The translations under genes were made by a program, and so were the position numbers. The notes below the pieces were generated by a model, which had not been told where the DNA came from, searched no databases, and saw only the letters and a list, made by a program, of their open reading frames with translations. A stretch of 54,230 nt of DNA, the filler included, from Sphacelaria rigidula (Eukaryota), in NCBI GenBank assembly GCA_964200075.2. It is 5 parts of 5 records of this genome, joined end to end, with 100 filler letters (N's around TTAATTAATTAA, not from the genome) between each part and the next. Parts side by side here need not be neighbours in the genome. Positions count along the whole stretch, not along the records: positions 10,868 to 21,634 come from CAXNAA020005951.1; positions 21,735 to 32,500 come from CAXNAA020005952.1; 3 more parts are not named here. One strand, written 5' to 3'. Positions 12,740 to 25,357 of the stretch are shown here, piece by piece. Within the stretch, counting starts at the first letter, position 1, and every line of letters begins with the position of its first letter.

Positions 12740-13285
12740 AGTCGGCGGAGTAGGAAGTTGTACAAATGGAGAATCGATGAACTAGATATAGATTAAAAAC
12801 AGCAAGACTTCCAAGAAGAGGTGGCCAAAAATGCAATGAAATTCTCCGACCTGTTAAAACGCGTAGGTACAGTTGGTACGAAATGGAAAGGCATCGGGCA
12901 GGAGCGAAGATTATAGAAGGATGGTAGCAGTTGGTGAAGAACACAGCGACTAAAAGTCATAGGGAAGAAACTGATAGTATGCAACAGAGTAGTAAAATCG
13001 CGGAATGAGGAGTTCATGGAGGCTACAAAGGTAAGGAGAGAGGCCCACGATAGATGCATATCAAGTGAAACTACGGTAGGATGGGAGGTGTATAAAAAGG
13101 AAGTAAAGATGATGGTAGAGAAGAAAAAGAAGGGGGTATTGGAAGATGTAGTGAACAAAACAAATGAAGATTTCGATAAAGGGATGGAACAAATGTGGGT
13201 AGGGATAAAAGGGATCATGGGAAGCCAGGCAAGAAAGATGGACAACATGATAGCCACACTACGGGCACATAGCGGTAAAATTCGC
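12740..13285 (+). mobile_element. LINE ORF2 fragment (linker between endonuclease and RT)
   Basis: A/G-rich sense strand; QLVKNTATKVIGKKLIVCNR...WEVYKKEVKMMVEKKKK...MWVGIKGIMG pattern typical of this region; contains a stop. Confidence 0.65.
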
Positions 13286-13530
13286 TGTGGAAGTATCTTT
13301 GAGTGGTAATCATTGCTTGAGTCACGCCACTGCTAATCGCAAAGGTAGCCCTTCTCTATACTGTGGTATTGAGTAAACACACCCGATAAATTTTAGCTGC
13401 CTGTGGTCAGTAACAGTGCATGTATTGCAAACCCCTTAATTTTGGTTTTCTCTGTCATGTAGCTGTCATATGTGACATGTTCCCATCATATGTATTTGCA
13501 CTCGGGTGCTGGTTGTATCTGCTGGTGTGC

Positions 13531-14260
13531 ATGACTGGGCACTGGGACACCGATCGGTCCACGGGCGCTTGAGGTATTCCTGCCCGGGTTCTAGGATGCC
13601 TTCGGTTCCGCGGACACCGGAGTTGGGCTAAGTTCTCGGGTTAGTAAGAAGGCGGTGTTGAATATATATATATATACTTCGAAGTATATATTAACCTGTG
13701 AGCATTGTGCTATTTTGGCTAAACACTGTCAAAATGGCCCTTGCTTCTTGCATTTTGTGTCAAATAACGGCATCATGTGTGACATATTTTTTATGGGATG
13801 CTTTTGCACTTTGGTGCAGGTTACATCAGTTAGGTATACATGACTAGGCACTGGGACACCGACCGGTCCACGGGCGCTTGAGGTATTCCTGCCCGGGTTT
13901 TGGGATGCCTTCGGTTCCACTGACTCTGGAGTAGGACAAAGTCTTCGCGTTAGTACCAAAGCGGTGGATCTGATTTTTCTCTTGCGAGCATTGTGCTCTT
14001 CGGTGGAACATCGACATGGTCTTTGCTTCGTATCATTTTGTGGCATATAAGTGTGCCACATGTGATCTATTTCCACGAAATGCCTTGCACTTCGGTGCTA
14101 GATGCATCTGCTGTTTCCACATGCCTGGGCACTGGAACACTGATCGGTCCACGGGCGCCTGGGGTTTTTATGTTCGGATTCCGGGATGCTTTCGGTTCCG
14201 CTGACACCGGAATAGGACAACGTCCTCGTGTTAGTTACAAAGCGGTGGGTATGATGTTTA
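13531..14260. repeat. Three diverged direct repeats, period about 290-310 bp
   Basis: ggcactgggacaccga-cggtccacgggcgc...atgc-ttcggttcc core begins near 13531, 13840 and 14121. Confidence 0.88.
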
Positions 14261-16919
14261 TCATGCGAGCCTTGTGCTCTTTGGTGAAACATCATCGAAA
14301 CGATTTTTGCTTCTTGTCAGCACTACTCCGATTGTTGAGAGGTTATCATCTTTGGGAAGTTACACTCCAGTCACCATTGACATGTCAGATATTTTTCCGT
14401 TTATGTCTGCATTGTCCAAACGTCGTTTTGTTGTTTTCTTCTTTTGTGACTCTCGTTCATTTCCGAATTGTGACTCCGGGCTACTGCTCAACCCTTGAGC
14501 GTTTTGCTAGGACGCTCGAACAGTCTGTTGAACAGTCACATCTGTTTCCGTCACACGGTATTTTCGGATTTCGACTCCGGATGTGAGCGCTTGGCTAACC
14601 CCTTATATCGATGAGGTGTCTACCTTGTGAGGTTTCATCAGCTCGATAGAATGGTCAGCTGCTGGGCCGTAGTTTTTTGAGTCTCATTTGAAACCTACAC
14701 TTATGCTTATGAAGACTTTCCCGACCTGGTGCTAGAGCGTAGACGAACACTTTTTCGACAGCGTAATTGTTCTATTGTAGGCAACGTTTCGTCTGGTTGG
14801 TCTCTCTGGTAGAGATATCTGTTTGTCTAGGAATAACTCGCTCGATTTATCGACATCTGATGCGGGTGGCGTTTCCTGCGGACTATATTTCTTCAAGTGA
14901 GCGGGATGTACTGACAATTCTTCAGAGTCGTCGCCTATTTTGATTATGTACACAACCGGCGATCATCTCTCGGTTATCATGAAAGGTCCTCTCCATGGTA
15001 ATTGGAGTTTCGGGTTCGGCCCTTCCGAGTCCTGGTATGGTGGGTACAAGAGTACCTTTTGACCAGGTTTGAACACTTGGACTGGTTTCAGTTTACTTTT
15101 GTTCCCATGCTCATTCGCTCCTTCTCGTAGAGCTTGACTCGCAATTTCAAGTTCTAACCGTAGTTTCTCCCGCGTTTCTTTGGAAAATTCTTTGGGTGTC
15201 GCCGCTTTTCCCGGATGCCCAATGTGGTAAAGCGTTATCGATAAAAGTTCTGGCTATCGACGTGGCCTGTTGACTTGGTATCAAAATGAGAAAGGCATAC
15301 TCTGTGAGGTTGACCATTACGGACAGTACCTATCTACGTAGTACTCCAGCTCTTGGCATCGAAGCTGTTTTGTATCCGACTAGGTCTGTCGACACTCTCT
15401 CGTATGGCCGTCCTGCCGTAACGTATCTCATCGGCAAATTTTGGCCGGTTGTGGACTGTTTTTCCGGTGTTGGCAACCCTGACTTAGTGTGTGCACTCCT
15501 GCCTTTGCTTTTTTTTTTTGCGGTTGTCTGTCAGCTCTCGGTGACTTTGCACCGGCTTCAAACGGTCGAGCTTCTCACTTGATCTTTGACATTGGTACTG
15601 TGGTTCAGCCATTTGCAGCGCAGGGTCTTTTGGACGTTACCACATATTTGTGTAAGCGGCGGTTTAATTTCAGCTTTTCGTCGCTCTGGAGTAGCGCAAA
15701 CAGTCGTGAGAGGATGTCCGGAATAATATGAAGTTTCTCCGGTTCTTGTCTCTAATCGCTATCATAAAGTTTTTCCGGGGTTTACGTGTGGGCTTGACAT
15801 GTTGGCGATTTGTACCATTTCCGTTTTATTCGTCGCAGACTACGTGCATGCTGTCCTTGAAACCATGATGCGCGTGAATGCCTGAGGTACATCAGGCGAT
15901 CGAGTGTCTTCCTCGGTTATTATGCGTGGCTACACGACAGCTATTGTTATTATTGGCGGGGTATTTTCTGTTTCAACTAATGCTGCCATTTCATGCGGGA
16001 ACCCTCGGATTTTTATGGGGGAACCGTCCGCGCTTCTGAGATCGATAGGTCCTGGCGGTACTGGTTCTATATGATCAGCTTCCATGATGGCCGGGTGTTC
16101 ATCTATAAACTTTTTTTTGCTGATACACGTCACATCTGCTGCGGAATCGATTGTTAGTTTTTCAGCGGGAGTGTCGTTTACTCTGGCTGCGACTCTCACG
16201 CGGGCTGGTGCACAGGATAGCGCTAGGGGCGCATCTGTATACCTGGCGAGCGATGATGCATTGTATGAGTCAAAACAGTGATCCTCCAAGATCAGGTTGA
16301 AAAAAGGAAGACTGGTGTTTCAATTCGGAATCAACAGCCCCTGCTTACAATATTGTCGTTTTTTCCTGGCTGCCGGTTGAACTTTTGTCAGCGCGGGATG
16401 TAACGTTGCCGATTCATTGGGGTACGGCGCAGAATGTAGCATGGTTGGGAGCCTCAACAAGTTGAGCTACATGTTCGACGATGATCGCCCTCCGTGTGGT
16501 GTATTGATTTTTTCTCAGCTGCTCTGAAGGCTGCTTAGGAACCAACTCTCATCGTGTTCCTTCCAGCTTCTGCCCCTAGTATGTACTTTCACATCACAAC
16601 TGAGGGCTGTTTCGGTGCCCGCCTGGAGGGGTTATTATACTGACTCCCATTTCATGCGTACTGAGATGCAGAATATTGAAATGTCTGTAGTTTTCAACTC
16701 CTCTCAGCTTGTGGGCTGGGATGCGGTAAGACTATCCAATACACCTTCTTCTTTCGCTTGCTACATGGTAGGAAATGACAAGGTCGTGCATGCGCGCAGG
16801 TTGGGTCATTTGTTTTTGTTAGTGCTATTTCGAGTCACCGCGTTTCCAGAGGTCGGCCTGCTTGATTAATTGCAGTGCCTTTCGCACTATGGTGGTGAAA
16901 GGTTGGTTGATCGGTGTGG

Positions 16920-17105
16920 TTTCGCTGTTTAGTTAGCCATTCTGGTGACATATAATGCACGCTGACGAGACTAATTTCGCGTTTTCGCTGTTTGACTAGC
17001 CATACAGGTGATATAGTGCACCCTGAGGAGTCTAACTTCGCGTCCCGCTCTTTGATGAGTCATGCGGGTGACATATAAATACACATTGAGGGGGCTAATT
17101 TCGCG
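16920..17105. repeat. Three ~60-bp tandem repeats in the LTR element leader
   Basis: cgct-ttt-a-t-agccat...gtga-ata-a...ctga-gag-ctaa-ttcgcg occurs three times. Confidence 0.75.
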
Positions 17106-17279
17106 CAGACCCAATTACATGACTCCAATAACCTCTCAACTCGAATTATTATGCACATGACCCATGCGTTTCACCTGGAGTAGGGTTCCTTGGAGGACCC
17201 TAGTGTTTCCGGTGTCAGGGAGCAGTCGGTTCTCGTTCCAATTTTTTACTTCTAAGGCCTGTCTTGCCTGAGTTCTGTT

Positions 17280-17291
17280 CTGGTGTCGCCA
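17280..17291 (-). promoter_or_regulatory. Primer-binding site, probably tRNA-Ser type
   Basis: TGGCGACACCAG immediately inside the LTR, complementary to a tRNA 3' end ...CUGGUGUCGCCA. Confidence 0.6.
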
Positions 17292-18063
17292 GTATGAGGA
17301 AGGTGTATCGCTAGAGTAGTCAGAGTCCTACGGGGGAGACTGCCGTCCTGATGCCGCTAGAACTTCGAGGCCGGCGATGATTCCCTCTTGTATATATAGG
17401 CAAGAAGTTGGGTCAGACGAGAAGTGGTCGCCAGGGGCGACCTGTACCTCGGGGGATGTTAGACCGTCCTAATATTAGGCTCTTCCTGAAATCACCCCGA
17501 GTTGTCTAGTTACGTCGGCGTTACAGGGTCCTCGGTAATCTGGTCCTTCCGGACTGTTCCTACCTTGTCCCTGCTTGCGCTGGTTCTCCATACATGTGTG
17601 GCATCAGTCTCTGATATGTCACTGCAAAGAGGTATATTCCACACGTGTTTCGAACCGAGGAGAGAGCCTAAAAAATCGCCCAGGATCCAGGAACTGGACC
17701 CTCAAAATCCAGCCATGTACTGTATTGCTACCGGGAGCGCCTCAACTCGACCTCGGGGTGGCGCACGGTCGCGCTGAAGGCGATGTTCTTACGAATAGCG
17801 CCGGGGGACCGCGCTGGTTTTTGTCACACAGGCGCCGGCTTCGATACATGAGTGGTTGGTTGAGATGTGTGCGTGATTGACTTCCTGGCCGTCCATCTGT
17901 CGTGCTCCTACCCGACTTTCTGTGATGTATCGGAGGTAGTTAGTCATTACGTACGCACCTGGAGGAGATCCATCGCCGTGACATGTTGCCATGGGTATTT
18001 ATCGGTGTCATGTGTCGTTATCAGCTGGCTCGATACGTTCCAGTCGTAGTCTGACTCCGAATA

Positions 18064-18112
18064 GGCGTGACGTCACGTGACGTGACGTAACGTAGCGTAA
18101 CGTGGCGTAGCG
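18064..18112. repeat. Degenerate pentanucleotide microsatellite (CGTRA-like)
   Basis: cgtgacgtcacgtgacgtgacgtaacgtagcgtaacgtggcgtagcg. Confidence 0.8.
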
Positions 18113-19084
18113 AGGGTACAGTAACGGCAAAACTCTCTATACTAGTACGGCCGCGTAGAAGGGGAAAAGAAGGGACAGCAATGGAAACGTCCGTGTAAAC
18201 GAAAGGCAAAACGAGATGCACGCTTCAAGTATGCCAACGCGATGCGGGCAATACCACAAAGAAGACCCCCTACCTGACGTCGAACAACGTGGTGCGAGAC
18301 AGTCGCTGTAGCTCGCAACCATCATGTTTGGTGAGACGGGCATGAGCCACCAAGCACAGACGAGGCATGTACGTTTGCTGATTGTAGTGCCGAGCGCTGG
18401 GCGTCATAGAGCATGGGTGTTTCGATTTACGGTGTCTTGTGGTGCGTACCAGATAGATGCGAAGAATAGGTGCGTGTAAACATGTTTGACCATGTGTCCT
18501 GCTACGCGGAGGCGCCGCTGCTTGTTGTGGTCGCTGCGGCGTATCTTTGTCCACGAGGTGACGAGATCTGATGGGATAGCGTTTGCGTCTTTGAGTTTCG
18601 GGAGGTGAAGTGTGTGTGAGTGTCCTTCATCTTTGCTTACCCGAGATGTACGCAAGAGTGGGCTCGTGCTCATGTGGGCAGAACCGCACTGAAGCGTACT
18701 TGAGACGAAATGAGTTCTCTAGTTGACGGCAGAACGCGAAGCAGGAAAGGAGCTACCGCCTTCGGAGAGCCGCGGTTACCCGCCGAGTCGTTTCGAGCTG
18801 TCTCGTGCTGCGGCATATGCATACAGCGCCGTCGCAACATAGGCGTACCAACACCCACGTATCACCTACCGCTGCGTCACGAGTGCCTTCCGCTCATTAT
18901 CTTGGTTACGCACATCTTGAGATCATAGCTGGATGTGAAATGGATTAGCTGATGTACTCTAGGACAGAGGTCCTTCAGTCGACAAAATCAACTAGTGGGG
19001 GACATTGTATGCCTGTTATTATACTTGATGCATATTATCGCACTCTGGCATTCGCGCGCGCTCTTTGTATTGTTTGCTTTGCAG

Positions 19085-19206
19085 GGGCTACCCGTGAGGC
19101 GGGCGATGCATCTCGAGAAGCTGCTGCCAATCCTGACGCTCCACCTCCAACGGCACAGCTTCATCAAGGGTTCTCGCTCTGCTCTCAAACGGGCGGATGC
19201 CATAAG
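19085..19206 (+). CDS. USP-family exon (LxxxLHLxR box)
   Basis: tttgcag| GLPVRRAMHLEKLLPILTLHLQRHSFIKGSRSALKRADAI |gtgagg; ends in phase 2. Confidence 0.85.
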
Positions 19207-19748
19207 GTGAGGCTGCTTCCCAGTTTGCCACATTCCGCACAACTGGTACATACACTTTCGCGAATCCACACCCACTTGAGTGTTGGGGGACGATCTTTCG
19301 GAGTGTATGATGCTACGCCACGATGGATCAGGGTGGAAACGGAGAAATCAACGGAGCGTAACTGCCATGTTTCGGTGGTACCTTGTCATTTCTCGGATAT
19401 TTTTGTCAAGTCACGACTGCTGTGGTAGCCGTATCTCGATTCACAAGGACACTCATGACGGAGCCTGAGCTGCACGGGGGATGAGGAGATGGCTCCCAAC
19501 AACGGGCTGAAAAATGTCGAAGGCGCGTAGCCACGGTATTGTGGTGTTTCGCCCCAGGCAAAAAAGTAATTTCTAAGGCGCCAAATAATTCTACTACGAT
19601 CGTTTGTGAATCATCGACAGTACAGAGGCGTGAACTAAGGACTTGTATATTTTTCCGTGGTCTTTGTTTTCGAAATGCGTGTGATTTGCACTGACCCTAT
19701 CGGAACGCACCGCTGCTCGTTCCTTTGCAATGAATACTCGACAAACAG

Positions 19749-19855
19749 CTACCTGATCGAGCTGACGATCCCCAGTGAGCTCGTCCAGGACTCACTGAAA
19801 CAAGACGCGGCAAAGAGCGGGAATTCCAGCATTCGATACCGCTTGAACGCTGTCG
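19749..19855 (+). CDS. USP-family exon
   Basis: aacag| YLIELTIPSELVQDSLKQDAAKSGNSSIRYRLNAV |gtaagt; phases match both neighbouring exons. Confidence 0.85.
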
Positions 19856-21327
19856 GTAAGTTGGGAGCTTCGGTTCTTGTACGCGTCATGCCGAGCCTGT
19901 TTTTCGTGGTTCTTGTGTTGCCGACTTTGCGTTAAAGGGAATGAGTCGAAATATCTGTTTGGACGTGCCGCGCGCTTCCTACTGCGTCGAACTAACAGTT
20001 GATGCCTTCGCCCAAACGTTCCGAGCCAATGGAACGGGTTTCTGCCGACGCCTGTCTACTGTTGCGTATGGTATTGACTGCCCACAGCACGAGAGAGCCA
20101 CCACTCAATATGGTGTCCATGGCACCACAGGCTAGTGAAGCACACGGATAGTCCATCGCTCTGCTATGTTGCCCGAGGGTTGACGCGTCGTGACTCACGG
20201 TACGTTTGGAGATAGTTACTGTGAAATACGTGTACCCCTACGCCGAGTTGGACAGGCGGGGTTAAATAGGTATACCAAAACAAAAAGCTACTGCCTAAGA
20301 ATTCGCGACTTCTTGTATGTGTTTGTGCCGGATATTCAGCAGCTTGCCTTTGCTTTGTATTTGCTGGTCAGTCGTACGACTACAGCTGCATGCCGGGTGG
20401 GTACAGGCGCACCACGGGAGTACCGAGCAGCCGTTCGACGCGTATTTGTACCCTAGAGTGCACATGCAGTAGCACTGCACCAAACGCGAGGAGCGGCATC
20501 ACACACGTATGCCGCGGCTTGCGTTAGGAAAAGGGACGAGTCCTGTAGTCGACTTACCCCACGGCAATACCATCGGTCTGACAAAGCCACGGGGAGGGGG
20601 GCAAGATGCCGCGCCGAGCTTTGTTGGTTGGCCTCCGTCATCCGAAGTACTTGGTTTCACCGGCGGAACGAGGAAATATATCCCGCCACTTCTCAAATGA
20701 AGGGCGACATTGGTCAGCCTGTGCGGTGTTCCTCTCAAACACACGACCTTGCACCCTCCATGCAAAACACAAGTCGATTCCAAACAGATGATTTCCAGTG
20801 CAAATCCATGATGTTCCCAATGCTACACATTTTCACCCCCTTCCGACCCATGCGGATGCTTGTTTTAGTGCTGACTAGTGGCCCAGAAATCGAAACCCTT
20901 TTGACTGCTGAGCATAAAACAAATCAGCCGGGAATCCTTGTCGGGCTACTCATCTCCGCGCTCGGTTTAGTAGTATATCATGTGCTCAACGAGTCTGCCT
21001 GAAACGTACGTCCTACAATACACGTGCTGATGCTTCCCGGGCTCCGGCATTTGCGTTGGCTATAGTGTGCAAGTCGGGACGGGCGGTGCTTGTTTGAAGT
21101 AAGTACTTGGGATGAGACTGAGCATACTGGTGCCAAGCGTGCATACAAACATTTGCACGTTCTACGCGATTCAACTGTAGTGTGGGTTGGTGTGAAGAGT
21201 TCCGTGTAGCTGACCGACCGACTCGAGGATGGGTATACCTCTGCGAATTTACCCTGCTCCGCCCGCCCGCCTACGCCCCACCGGCGGGAAACTCTGTTTC
21301 CCCCAACCCGCTTGGCAAAACTCGCAG

Positions 21328-21503
21328 TCTTGCACGAGGGAAAATCGCCATCAGGTGGCCACTACACGGCCATGACAGTCGATGACGTAGACAATTGGCG
21401 GCTGTTTGACGACGAGGAAGCAACGATCCTCAGCGATGAGTACGACGTGCTTCATCCTCCACCTCGCCATGATCCGTACCTAATCTTCTATACGCGACTA
21501 TGA
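21328..21503 (+). CDS. USP-family terminal exon (His box)
   Basis: cgcag| LHEGKSPSGGHYTAMTVDDVDNWRLFDDEEA...YLIFYTRL TGA. Confidence 0.9.
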
Positions 21504-21634
21504 AACACCGCCGTGGAGGTCACTGCTGCTTGGTTCAAGCGCCGGGGGGGGGGGGGATGTACGCGGGAGGGGGGCGGGGACGGGAGGGGAAAGGGATGCC
21601 TCGTGACAGGTGAAGTCATTGTTTTGAACCCCGG

Positions 21635-21734
21635 NNNNNNNNNNNNNNNNNNNNNNNNNNNNNNNNNNNNNNNNNNNNTTAATTAATTAANNNNNNNNNN
21701 NNNNNNNNNNNNNNNNNNNNNNNNNNNNNNNNNN
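21635..21734. other. Artificial contig-joining spacer
   Basis: Same 100-nt N/TTAATTAATTAA structure. Confidence 0.97.
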
Positions 21735-22519
21735 TTCAGGGGCTCCTGACGATCCTAGACGCACAAGGATATGGGTCAGGGCATCCCCGTTTGCAGATTT
21801 ATTCGGGATATCTCCAGCATACAGGAACACTAATCCTGGCATACTCTCGCATATTTTCATAATTCGTGTTTTGGATGAGATGAAGGGCTCCTGACAATTC
21901 TAACCTCAGAAAATATTTGCGCACCCCTACCGTAGCATCACTCGGACCAGCACTCCCTCACCGCGTTGACTCCCGTCAAATTCACTCCAACTCGTTTTTT
22001 TGCTACTCACGTCCTCGCGCTTTCAAGGGCGGGAATCGAAAAAAAACAAATGAACGCATTCGGTGGCGCGATCAAAGACGCGTTCTCTCTAAACTCAATG
22101 GTGTCAGCTGTACGGTGGGAGGCGCTTGCTTTTATTCACGGCGTTGTATTCACAGCTTACGGGTGTCGTTACACTGTGCTGTGTCATACTCCGTGCTTGA
22201 GCTGTCGTTACTACAGTAGTGCCGTTTTTCCCAGGTGGATCCATGAGTCCTCGTGTGTAGGGATGTTCTTATTTGGTGGCACCCCGCAATGTCGCTCATC
22301 GCGACAGTGTATCAATCGATGGAGAGATGAATAGCTCCCACATCGACTTGCGGGCCGCAGTCACGAGGCGTATCCCAAGGATCAAGGAGATTCAACACAG
22401 GGAGTAAGTGCATCCTACAGCAGACCATTCATTTCTTGTTTTGTCATACTTCAAAGTCACCCCCTTTCTCGGGACGAGTCCGTGGTCTCAAGGGATATGT
22501 ATCCACTCATCCGCCCCCC

Positions 22520-23070
22520 CCTTCCCGTATTGCTCCATCTCGAAAGTGATGCGTGGTCAATGGTCAAACGACCAAGGCAAGCAACAAATGAGTACGCCCC
22601 TCCCGTATGGGGTTGGCATCGGTTGGCAACGACACTGTAAAACACGCCATTCACTGCATAAGCAAAGCAACCAGGTTACCGTTTTTGTTTTTTGCGTGCT
22701 TGCATTTTTTTCTGAGGTGACCATGATAGTGGTCGAGCTAGATCATATTGTGCAGGGAGGGAGAACCTCAACTCCGCGCAAAGGGAATGATCGTACTGCT
22801 GTCCGTAGTGTTTAAACGATGAGGCACCTATGAAGCAGTGTGTGAGCCGTTGCTGTCTGAGGAAGTGGCGATACCGGAAAACGGAGCAACTCACTGAAGG
22901 CTGTCATCCGAATGCAAGATAATCAGTACGCTTCGGGTCGAACAATCTTAGCAGGATACAGCTCACCCTTCATGCGACTCGCGGAACATATCACGGTGTT
23001 TCGCGCATGGTGATTGATTGCGAGCGTGGTCGGCGAAAACCCGGCGTGCTCCGTCCCAGCGTTGTAGAGA
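22520..23070 (-). repeat. Longest copy (~550 bp) of dispersed repeat family A
   Basis: Contains, in order, the segments seen at 28810-28900 and 31900-31990 (reverse complement), 8445-8612 and 1-200 (reverse complement). Confidence 0.85.
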
Positions 23071-24019
23071 TGCGAGGTCAATGGTCATATGACTACGGCA
23101 TGCAAGATCATGGGTACCCCCCGCCCCCCCGTCCCCCTCCGCGATATTTACCTGCCTGACGTTTTGGCATGGAGGAATACACCGGCACTCTCGCACCCTG
23201 TCCACTCTCGTCCACTATAACATATCTGATACTCGCGTCTGCATGCCTCCAACGACAAAAAAACGGACTCTGCTCCAAATATCGCACTGTATATGTCGGG
23301 ATTCAAACCCGCGATCTTCCTTCCGCACCAACTGACCGTGAGTACAGCGGTCAGGTCACGGGGGCAACGGCGGAAACTCTGGCAGTGGTCAGAAAAATAA
23401 GATATACGATCAAATATAAGCGCAGAGGTACACACAATCAAACGATCCAACTCTGTTGCCACACCTCGCACAGTATCATTGCAATATGCATGTGCTCAAC
23501 CAAAACAGAAGGATCGGCTCATGATTGACCATGACCCTGCATTAAATAATAACCTATATATACATAAATATATATATATATATATCTGTGTGTCTCGCTT
23601 TTACAGACGGTAATTGTAACGGAAAACGTATGGCAGTTGTGACAATTACTTATGTAATATTCTATCTGGTACAGGCTTGATACAGCAAACTTAGATTTGA
23701 TCATATTGGTATCGACGAACGCAACGCGACCCTGGATTTCCGGGGGGGGGGGGGGGGGATCACATGGACAGTCTTTATTTTGGCCAAAGGGGGCTGGTTT
23801 TTCTTCTTATGTTCTCATGTGCAAAAATGACTGTTACAACATTGCACGGTAAATGAAAAAAGATGAAGTCAGTTGTTGTTTTCTTTATTTTGAAATAGAA
23901 TAGAAGAGCACCCCAGTCGTGTGTGTGTATTTTCTGCACATACGACACAGGTACGCTTCTTCTCGCACAAGCTCCACTCCTGGAACATGATATCACCAAC
24001 CCCTCCCTTCCCCGCGAAA

Positions 24020-24430
24020 TTTTGAGGGTTGGCGTCGGTTGGTAACGAAGCTGCAAAACACGCCACTCACTGCGTAAGCTAGGCAACCAGAATTTGTCTC
24101 GCTTGCGCTCGTTGTGCGTTAACCATGAATGTCGTCGAGCTGGATCATATGCTGCGGAGTGGAGAACCCGAACTCCGCGCAAAGGGGATGATCGTACTAC
24201 GTAGTGTTCAAAGGGTGAGACACCCAGGAGGCAGTGTGTGTAAGCCGTAGCTGTCTCTGGAAGTGGCGATACCAGAAAACGGAGCATTTCGTTTTAGGCT
24301 GTCATCCATATTATGCAGGATTATCAGTACGCCTCGGGACGAAGGATCTTAGCAGGATGTAATTCACCCTTCATGCGACTCGTGGAACATGTTACGGGGC
24401 TTCGCGCGTGTTGACAGCGAGCTAGCCCGG
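24020..24430 (-). repeat. Copy of dispersed repeat family A
   Basis: Colinear with 22610-23025. Confidence 0.85.
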
Positions 24431-25197
24431 CCGCAATACGTGTTCAGACAGCGTGCTTTTAGGACCGCATCGGATTTTGAACACCGCGGAATCAACTCGT
24501 CGGGAGGATCGCTCGTACCTAACGACAACAGCGACTGCATCCCGAGCACACCGGGGTCGCGCATTTATCGAGTCAGGGGGTGGCGAAGCCAGGCGAGGTG
24601 ACTGGAGCAACACTACGACGAAACAATCGTACCCCGATGAAAAAGGAGAGCAAAGGTTTCAGAGAAGAAAAAAAAATCAGACACCACCAACTCGTCTTTG
24701 AGCCGCTCTCGCAGGCGTATTGTGTGGAAACGTGTTGATACCAGTGTATTTTAGGAGAGTGTCGGCACCTACCATGTCATGAGCGTCCCGACAAACTAAT
24801 TTCTTCACTTACAGCTCTCAGCTGTGAGAATGACTCTTGGATGATTTACTGGTGTCTTAAGTTCATTTACAGTCTTGGAATCCTTGCTCTTGTCCTTCTC
24901 AGGGCGCAGTGTATCGTCATCGTGTCACTGTCCTCCCGACAGGTCGGTCACGGGGTGTTAAAACTCCGGTGCGGTCCTAAAAGCGCGCGGTCTGAATACG
25001 CATTACACGGCGAAACCCCGACGTGCTCCATGCCTGCCTTTTTGAGGATACGAGATCAATGATCTTATGAATATAGCATACAAGATCATTCGTACACCCG
25101 GCAAAAATGAAACCCGGATTTATTTCACTACTTGCGTATCGACCTACGTACCCTGTAACCGGTCGGGGGAGAGAGGGGGGGGGGGCTGTCCACTCAC

Positions 25198-25304
25198 CCT
25201 GTGTCGCAAAAGGAGTCAAGCATTTTCTGCCAGAACTTGGCCTGAAAATCATTGTCCTCTTCATGTCCGGCGACTACCCATTTATCTTCGTCTTTCAGGT
25301 AGTG
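25198..25304 (-). CDS. Internal exon of a probable tyrosinase-like (di-copper) protein
   Basis: tcgcag| HYLKDEDKWVVAGHEEDNDFQAKFWQKMLDSFCDTG |gtgagt; phase-0 start matches the end of the 29582-29787 exon. Confidence 0.7.
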
Positions 25305-25357
25305 CTGCGAAGATTCAAGTGTACGTACACGAAGCAGAGAGACAGGAAGACCGAGAG

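Larger units (their letters stand above)
14600..17594 (-). mobile_element. Second Ty3/Gypsy-like LTR element remnant: 5' LTR, PBS, protease, integrase C-terminus
   Basis: Candidate LTR 17292-17594 (TGTATGGAGAA...TTCCTCATAC) abuts PBS TGGCGACACCAG at 17280-17291; aspartic protease LTIDSAADVTCIS at about 16030-16200; KVLLYPPYQ...PKLQLPWRGPF...VYIIK integrase tail at about 14890-15080. No RT, RNase H or second LTR found. Confidence 0.75.
11390..21503 (+). pseudogene. Ubiquitin-specific protease (peptidase C19/USP) C-terminal part, spliced, probably pseudogenised. Exons 11390-11548(?), 11856-11936, 19085-19206, 19749-19855, 21328-21503
   Basis: The last three exons have AG/GT ends and join in phase to give HLEKLLPILTLHLQR...YRLNAVVLHEGKSPSGGHYTA...WRLFDDE...YLIFYTRL*, a USP His box. 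Upstream LPVIGPNSVEEMLKDLARVE and SGIERIF...DQCWDVK fit the USP core but carry two in-frame TGA and AT/GC donors. The Cys box is not on this contig. Confidence 0.75.
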
